Part shown: piece by piece, positions 55,989 to 64,000 of the stretch
Position numbering within the stretch: the stretch's first letter is position 1
Layout of the letters: every line of letters starts with the position of its first letter
NCBI RefSeq assembly: GCF_006345805.1
Contig: NC_043002.1
Location: forward strand, 36,580,001 to 36,644,000
From: Octopus sinensis
Lineage: Eukaryota
Direction of reading: 5' to 3'
DNA length: 64,000 nt
Position numbers and translations under genes: made by a program
Notes under the pieces: generated by a model
The model's database searches: none
The model's input: the letters and a program-made list of their open reading frames with translations, nothing else
What the model was told of the DNA's origin: nothing

Positions 55989-56699
55989 TGTTTGAAATTT
56001 AAGTTCCTCTGAGTTTTACATCCTCGTTTTTCACTGTAACTTCATGTAAATCAGTAATCACTCTTATACTCTCTAATATGTTAATGACTTATAGGGACAC
56101 TGTGTTTCGTTAGGCAACCATAATCTACTACAAAGTATATTAAATGCTTTATAAATCAATACTGTTTTCTACTGTGTTAGCAGTGCTGTTAAATCACTTG
56201 TTAAGGTTATCTTGACAGATTTTCTAAAGAAATTATAGCCAGCATGTAATATACAACAAATCAGTGCTGGCTATAATTTCTATAGAAAACCTGTTGAGAT
56301 AACCTTATATGTATTTAGAACTTCTACTGTCAATTTGAAAACTGAACACTCACATATGAGTGTGAGTATTAAATACCTGCATTGCACTTCAATTCTTTTT
56401 CCTATTAGCAGGAAAATAATTTGCTCATGTATTACTATATATGGTCTGTAGTATTTAGTGCACACATTTAAACTTGAAATGCCAGTTAAATTGCTGTTGT
56501 TATTATGATAACTATGGCTGCTCTGTTTTTTGTGTTCTCCAAAGAAATACAGATTTCAGTGAAAAGTTTTCTCTGAGCTGAATGTGTATTAGATGTTGAT
56601 ATCCAACATGTTTTGCCACTATTCACAGACTGAAAAATCAAAAGAACTAGACATACAAATGTTGTGTATGAACAAAGAGCTAGACTTCAGATTATATTT

Positions 56700-57110
56700 T
56701 TTGCTAATGACAACGGTGACTGATTTCTTGATGTGATTATTTAGGAAGTGGCAAAAAATATGCAAATTAGCCATAGTTTTTACTTATGCTTATGGCAGCC
56801 CTTCAAAGGTGATGACAGTGATAGTCCAAGATTATGAAATCATTTACAACAGACTTGGCTTGAATAAATTTAATGCAAAACAGGGCCAAAAACAAACCAC
56901 AGAATTGCAAAAACAAAACTGCTTTGAAATTTGCATATGATTTTTGGATCTGTATGATAACCAAGGTAACATCTTGGAAAAAAAAATGTCACTGGTGACA
57001 TAACATAAATACAACACTACAATGATACATCATAACAATGCCTGTTCCCATATTGTGAAATCTTCCAGAAACTGAAGTTTGACTTACTGGAGCATTCTCT
57101 ATATCAGTCA
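56700..57110 (+). mobile_element. Highly decayed mariner transposase remnant
   Basis: EVAKNMQISH, YEIIYNRLGLNKFNAK, VTGDIT (VTGDETW), IHHNNACSH (HDNARPH), KLKFDLLEHSLY (HPPYSPDL), in the correct order with deletions. Confidence 0.65.
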
Positions 57111-57483
57111 TTGGAAACCTGCAGCCCAAGCAACTTTCTAAATGCGTGCCAATGGAAAATTACTTTGAATATTTTTAGTAGTGCTTGATAATGAGTCTCG
57201 TCTTATGTGGTCTGCTTCTTGTAAAAAGTTGCTTGTGCTTGCTCTATATAGTACTGATCTTGCTCGAGGACATTAATTATCCCTGAAGCCAGAAATGAAT
57301 AAAGAAGTAATGCATACATAGTTTTCTCTACTGAAAACCTTTTTTCTGAGGGTATAAAGAATCATGTGTGATGATAAACAGTCTGTCTGTCTACATCATC
57401 ATCATCATTTAGTGACCGTTTTCCATGCTAGCATGAGTTGAACTAACAAACACATGCACAAAACAAAACATAACATAAAGATG

Positions 57484-57522
<39 letters not shown>

Positions 57523-57959
57523 TATATATACACACATATATATATATATATATATACATTTATATATATAATATATGCACATTTATGTATGTATGTATGC
57601 TTGACGTTTAAGCCAATCAAATTCTCTCAATATATATTCATGAAAAACAAGCTCTATTATTAATATCTCAAAAAAACAAACATTTAAAATACAAACTAAG
57701 TAATTTGTTTTGTTTTGCTTTCATTGAATTCTCTAAAATAAGAAAAATTTTAATTTAGAAATATAATTCTTAGCGCAACTCAAATCTAAAATAGCAGTTC
57801 GATGTCTTTTCCACCCTACCTCCTCTTAATCTGATGTTTACATAATATTTCTTAATTAATATTGAGATTTTAAAGTTTAATTAAAAAAAAGAATCATAAA
57901 ATTAATTTTTAAGGAATTTAATTAAGTATCTTAGTTACACTTAAAATGGTATTGCTATT

Positions 57960-57989
57960 TACAGACAATAACAGTAATAATAATAGTAA

Positions 57990-58048
<59 letters not shown>

Positions 58049-58588
58049 TAATAATAATGATGATGATGATGATGATGATGATAATCATAGTTATTGTTCT
58101 TGTTATTGCTAAGTTTATGTCTATTGATAATTTATGATTATAATAAATAGATATAAATTAAGCAATTTTTCTCTTCCCTCTGTTTTACTACTTAAGCTAA
58201 AAATGAAAACCCAACAGGACTGAAGGCTGTGTTGAACGATAACATTACACTACAATGCCTGTCCAAGGTTACTGTTGTTTCTTGGCAGCTATTTGTTATC
58301 TAGCCAATATTAAAGGAAAAGTAAAGATAATAACATTATCTTTCCTACTATAGGTACAAAGCCTGAAATTTTACAAGAGAGTGTAGTCAGTTACATCAGT
58401 CCCAGTATTCAACTGGTACTTATTTTATTGATCTTGAAAGGATGAAAGGCAAAGTTAACCTTGGCAGGATTTGAATTGAGAACGTAAGGCTGGGCGAAAT
58501 GCTGCTAAGCTTTTTGCCTGGCATCACTATTGATTCTTCCAGCTTGCTGTCCTTTTAATAATAACAATAATAATAATAATAATAATAG

Positions 58589-58668
<80 letters not shown>

Positions 58669-58703
58669 TAATAATAATAATAATAATAATGATGATGATG
58701 ATG

Positions 58704-58750
<47 letters not shown>

Positions 58751-58872
58751 TAATAATAATTCATGTATTGTCCTGTTTTACTTTTTTATGTTGTTGCATG
58801 TCATTTAATGTTATTTTATGTGAGCCCTCATGACTAATAAAAGAATGAATAATAATAATAATAATAATAATA

Positions 58873-58911
<39 letters not shown>

Positions 58912-59186
58912 TAATAATAATAATAAAAACGATAATGACAATAATCATTATAATAATCCTTACTACTATTGACACAAGGCTTGAAATTTTTTTTTCGGAC
59001 TAGTTGATTGCATCGATCCTAGTAATTCATTGCTACTTAATTTATCGACCCTGAAAGGATGAATGGCAAAGTCGACCTCGGCAGAATTTGAACTCAGAAC
59101 ATAGTGACAGGCAAAATACTGCTAAGCAATTTGCCTGGCATCACTATCAATTCGTCCAGCTCACTGCCCTTTTAATAATAATAATG

Positions 59187-59256
<70 letters not shown>

Positions 59257-59300
59257 CGATAATAAAAATGATAATGACAATAATCATTGTATTTATAATA
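57960..59300. repeat. (AAT)n/(GAT)n trinucleotide arrays
   Basis: Direct reading; these generate the poly-I, poly-N and poly-Y ORFs. Confidence 0.95.
58342..59171 (-). mobile_element. Two family-A SINEs (58342-58553, 58957-59171) embedded in (AAT)n arrays
   Basis: Same core as the other copies. Confidence 0.85.
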
Positions 59301-59544
59301 ATAATAGTAATTGAGATTCCAAGAATATTGTTCCAATAAAGCTGTTCTGTTGTATATATTGGCACACATCTGAGCATTCAATACTGAAAGCACCGTGATG
59401 AATATATATATATACTGTCACTCTAATACAGCTATCTGGTGTGTACGTTTTGAAGACTAAGTACTCAATACTAGTGGCATGGTGACACATTTGGCACATT
59501 ATCAAAGCTTTACTCATACATGTAGTTTGTTGTGCCCATCTCAC

Positions 59545-59649
59545 CTTCAATTCGTACATCTCCTGTTTCTCTCGTACGAGAATATCGCGCAGTTCTTGCC
59601 TAAATTCTTCCTCAATGTCATCATCTAGTTCTTTGTATTTGTAAGTCTC
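59545..59649 (-). CDS. Internal coding exon A of an unidentified minus-strand gene (ETYKYKELDDDIEEEFRQELRDILVREKQEMYELK), acidic, likely helical
   Basis: Acceptor ctcaccag|GAG and donor TTGAAG|gtgaga; 105 nt, phase 0-0, no stop; retains several CpGs (cgcgc, cgtacg) in a CpG-poor background. Linkage to the 22.5 kb exon is inferred from strand and phase only. Confidence 0.8.
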
Positions 59650-59823
59650 CTGGTGAGTAAGATGTTAGTACAGACTTGTAAAAGACTTCATGTTAGGGAA
59701 GGGTAAATGCACAGAAGTCAGCATTGGTGACAGCAGTAATAACAGCGACTAAACTACTAGATACAAATACATACAGAGCACATACACACACAAACGTTTA
59801 TATTCATATATACATATACATAC

Positions 59824-59872
<49 letters not shown>

Positions 59873-59949
59873 TATATATATATATATATGTATATATAAC
59901 ATATTATATATATATATCTAGTATATATATATATAATATTATATATATA

Positions 59950-59987
<38 letters not shown>

Positions 59988-60112
59988 TACATACATGTAA
60001 ATACGTATACAAATATTATGTATGTATGTACATGTATACATGTATTCAGGTATTCATACAAACAGGAATGAATACACACTGTATGTATACACATAAAGAC
60101 ACACCTACACAC

Positions 60113-60167
<55 letters not shown>

Positions 60168-60250
60168 ATATGTATGTATATATATACATGCATAAATATA
60201 TATATATATGTATATATTTATGTCTGTATATATTAAATAAGCATATATAT

Positions 60251-60300
<50 letters not shown>

Positions 60301-60424
60301 ATATAAATATATATATATATGTATATAAATATATACATATATATACATATATATATATAAATATATACATACATATATATGTATATAGATATATATATAT
60401 ATATATATATACATATATATGTAT

Positions 60425-60455
<31 letters not shown>

Positions 60456-60462
60456 ATATATA

Positions 60463-60505
<43 letters not shown>

Positions 60506-61014
60506 ATGTATATATATGTATATAAAAGCATATATATATATATACATATGTATATTAATTGTTAATATACATGCCATAATAGTTTTAAATACAAAATGAA
60601 AAAAATTATACTAACACCACAATAAAATCGTTTAAAAGTATCAATAAATGACATGGAAAAGAATATACAAAGCAACAACAAATGATGATAATGATAATAA
60701 TAATATTAGAAACTTTAAGGTAGTTAAGAGCTCATCACAGTCTAATCAAAAGATCAAAAAAAAGAAAAAGAAAAAAGATGAAATGAAAACAACAATGCAT
60801 CAATGCTGTATGATGAATATACATAACAGTGCAAATAATTCCTTCAAAAACCAATGAAAAGAAGCAAAATTTGTGGCTGAGAAATCATGCCAGCATTATT
60901 GGGAATATTCATGCTGAAAAGGAAATAGAAGTTAATATTTCTAATGTGTATATGTATGTATGTGTGTGCATATAGTTGATGCCTGTTTTTAATTAATGTA
61001 TAAATCTCTCACTC

Positions 61015-61045
<31 letters not shown>

Positions 61046-62363
61046 ACAAGCAGTGGTTTCATCTTGGGCAAAGAAATCTTCAATTCAAAGATTCTTTTGC
61101 TCAAAATGAAACAACTGGTTCTTGAGAGGTATTCAGCTTTCCTATTCCCCCACAATAAATAAAATTTTTATTCCACAAATAACTTATATTGAGTTCTTCC
61201 TCTCCTAAGGGCTGTAAGACTAATTATTTCATGTAAATATTCATCACATACATACATACATACATACATACATACATACATACATACATACATACTCACA
61301 CACACTCACATACATACATACATACATACATACATACATACATACATACATACATACATTCATTGTCATCATCAATTAATGCCCATTTTCCATACTGGCA
61401 TAGTTGGATGGTTTGATAAGATCTGACGGACTCAAGCACTACATCATGTCCCTGTGTCTACCTTGGTTTAGTTTCTACAGTTGGATGCCCTTCCTAATAC
61501 TAACCACTTTAAGCATGTACATGGTCTTTTTATGTCACCAACACTGGTGAAGTTACCATGAAGCTTGCTAAACTACAAACCCTAAGGGGAACAACTTTAT
61601 ACTTGGATATGAGAAGTAGAGAGGGGTTAAGTATGAGAGAAAAGGGCAAGAGCAAAGCAGGTTTCTTACTAAAAAGGAACTACATGACTACTCACAATTT
61701 AGAAGAGAGGGCGGGAAAGATTGGGCAGAGTAGAAAGCAACAAATTTAGTGGTGATGAGGTGTCAAGGTGAAGCTTCAAATTTCAAGGTATGGAGGAACA
61801 TAGACAATAAAGATGATGATTATGAGGGTGATATATATATATATATATATATACTTATTAAATTTAAGGATAAAATCTATATCAGATTTTACCTAGGGAT
61901 CTTACCATTGATTTAGTGTTGTTAGGGTAAAAAATTAATAGAATATATAATTTTATTAGTATATTTATAAAACCATAATGAGAGCAAAACGTGATTCTTA
62001 CAACAAGCCAAGCCACATGAGGAAGAACGGGTTTTTTCCCTGTCATTCTGAAATCAATTGATCCATAGCTGAACCAATTCATGAATCTATTCATTCATTT
62101 TCCTTACTTTTAGTGCATGTTTACGTAAGGTAGATTTGTGCCATTTGGCATCTTTCAGCATGTAGCTTAACCTGTTGTAAGACTCGTTTTTTGCCCTTGT
62201 GGATTTAAAAATATACTTATAAAATTATATATTCTATATATTTACACATACATACATACATACATATATAGATATATTACGTTTATATATTATATATTAT
62301 ATATACGTTTATATATTGGCTAAACTAGCAAAATGACCATTCCTAAATACAACAGTATATATA

Positions 62364-62739
62364 TATTTGATTAATGAGACAGATGGAAGATGGAAGATAC
62401 GAGATTGTTTATTGATCTCTACAATTGTTTTAACTCATCTACCATAATTTCCCCATGGGTTGGATACTGAATATCTCGTTTAGATGTGTCTGTTGGTGTA
62501 GATGTGTCTCCTCAGGTGATTACATGATGTGTCTCATTAGAATGACATTTGTTCTGCCAGATTTCTTCTTGGCATATGTTATATAAAAGCAGAAGATTAA
62601 GTGTTACAACTTCATTATTATAGAAGATCAATAACAAATATCAGATGCAAAAAGAAACAAATTGATGCTGGATGGGTTGAAACAATTGCAGTGATCAATA
62701 AACATTCTTGTATCTTCCATCTCTCTGATTAATCAAATA
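62364..62739. mobile_element. MITE with long (~80 bp) imperfect TIRs
   Basis: tatttgattaatgagacagatggaagat...gtttattgatc...caattgtt vs aacaattg...gatcaataaac...atcttccatctctctgattaatcaaata. Confidence 0.75.
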
Positions 62740-62823
62740 CCCTATGAACACCGAGAAAGTGAAAGTACCTTGTATACACTTGGTAAGCTACCAAGTGTAT
62801 ACATTATGATTTATTAACTAGAA

Positions 62824-62859
<36 letters not shown>

Positions 62860-63365
62860 GTGTATATTACTTTTTTTATCAATCTGAACTTGATAAATTA
62901 AAGTATTAAAGCACCAGTCCTGGATGGTAAAGTAGCAGAAACATTAGAGAATTGGGCAAAATGGTTTGTGGCATTTTTTCAGGGGCTCTTTATATTCTGA
63001 GTTCACATGTGATGACACTAGTGTCAGGTTATAAAAGCAATTACTTTATTTTGGGAGATTATTGGTGGTGACAAGATGAGAATTGTTGCATGGACAACTG
63101 CTGATTGCCCATAAAAAAAAAATCCTTGCCAAAGCCTGCCTAAGTATAAATACATGGTAAAGCTTGATTGACAGGGACCTAACACGTACACACAAGCACA
63201 CACACACACACACAGTTACATCATCACCACCATCATCCATAAATCATAAATCCAAAAGAGAAGCACACTCTAAGTTATAGAGCAGTAGAGTTTATTAGAT
63301 AAAGATAGTTATGGCCGGTCTATTCATTATATGGTGTATACATGGTGTATACATTTATATATATA

Positions 63366-63433
<68 letters not shown>

Positions 63434-63844
63434 TAGACGCAGATAACAACTATGTTTGTACATACATACATATATTCACACAATCATACTCATCTACACA
63501 CACACATGCATATGCCCATACATACTATTGATGATTTGTCTTGCTTTATAACAGTAGGTCAAATCAAGAGAATTTAATCACAAGCATCCTTAAACATATT
63601 TTTTTTATTTTGCATTAATGTACATACATCTGTACATACACACACACACATGCACATGCTTGCACACACACACACACACACCACACACACACACATACAT
63701 TTAAACATATCCTCATTTTTACTCTCACGAATGTGCCTCTCTATATGCAACTCCACAAATCACTTTCCAATTATATTCTTATGTAAACTCTCTCTATATC
63801 TGTTCATTCAGAGTTCAGTGTATACATTCCAACAAAAGAAAAAT

Positions 63845-64000
63845 GCAGCTACAATTAATGTATGCTTTGGCTGTTCAAGTTTCCACATGCTTTTCAGTTG
63901 AGGCTATCTCAGAACTGAGGTACGTGAAATCATCAATTTGATTCATGGAGTCTCCACTGATGTTGGTGATGGACCCTTGTTGATTGTGAGCAATGAATTT
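63845..64000 (-). mobile_element. RTE-clade LINE fragment running off the window end
   Basis: Translation ...SMNQIDDFTYLSSEIASTEKHVET*TAKA resembles the RTE post-RT motif VDDFKYLGS...IRIAKA. Confidence 0.7.

Noticed and set aside
62013-62058. Possible small upstream exon (MTGKKPVLPHVAWLV) ending in phase 0
   Set aside because: Weak splice signals and too short to distinguish from chance.

Overview
Very AT-rich, microsatellite-saturated eukaryotic DNA. The SINE families and (TA)n/(AAT)n/(GA)n density look like an octopus (coleoid cephalopod) genome; this is inferred from repeat recognition, not from a search. The window holds part of one large minus-strand, intron-rich gene that I could not name. 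Its supportable coding exons are 59545-59649, 22411-22533, 20172-20409 and a ~1.3 kb Ser/acidic-rich exon from 16212 down to 14908 or 14891. All have canonical AG/GT ends and compatible phases. A possible terminal exon lies at 854-924 and a possible internal promoter/first exon near 30636-30745. The introns contain dozens of SINEs and fossils of Penelope, R4/Dong, RTE, Tigger/pogo, two mariner and one near full-length Tc1 element, plus several MITE/foldback structures. Nearly all other listed ORFs are microsatellite or repeat artefacts. I found no rRNA, tRNA gene, CRISPR array or prokaryotic system, and no clear new multi-gene system. The most interesting signals are RNA-structural and splicing-related: a possibly duplicated exon pair, a giant frame-symmetric exon, a MITE-flanked internal promoter, long intronic hairpins, and a 3' stem-loop shared by SINE and LINE-like tails.
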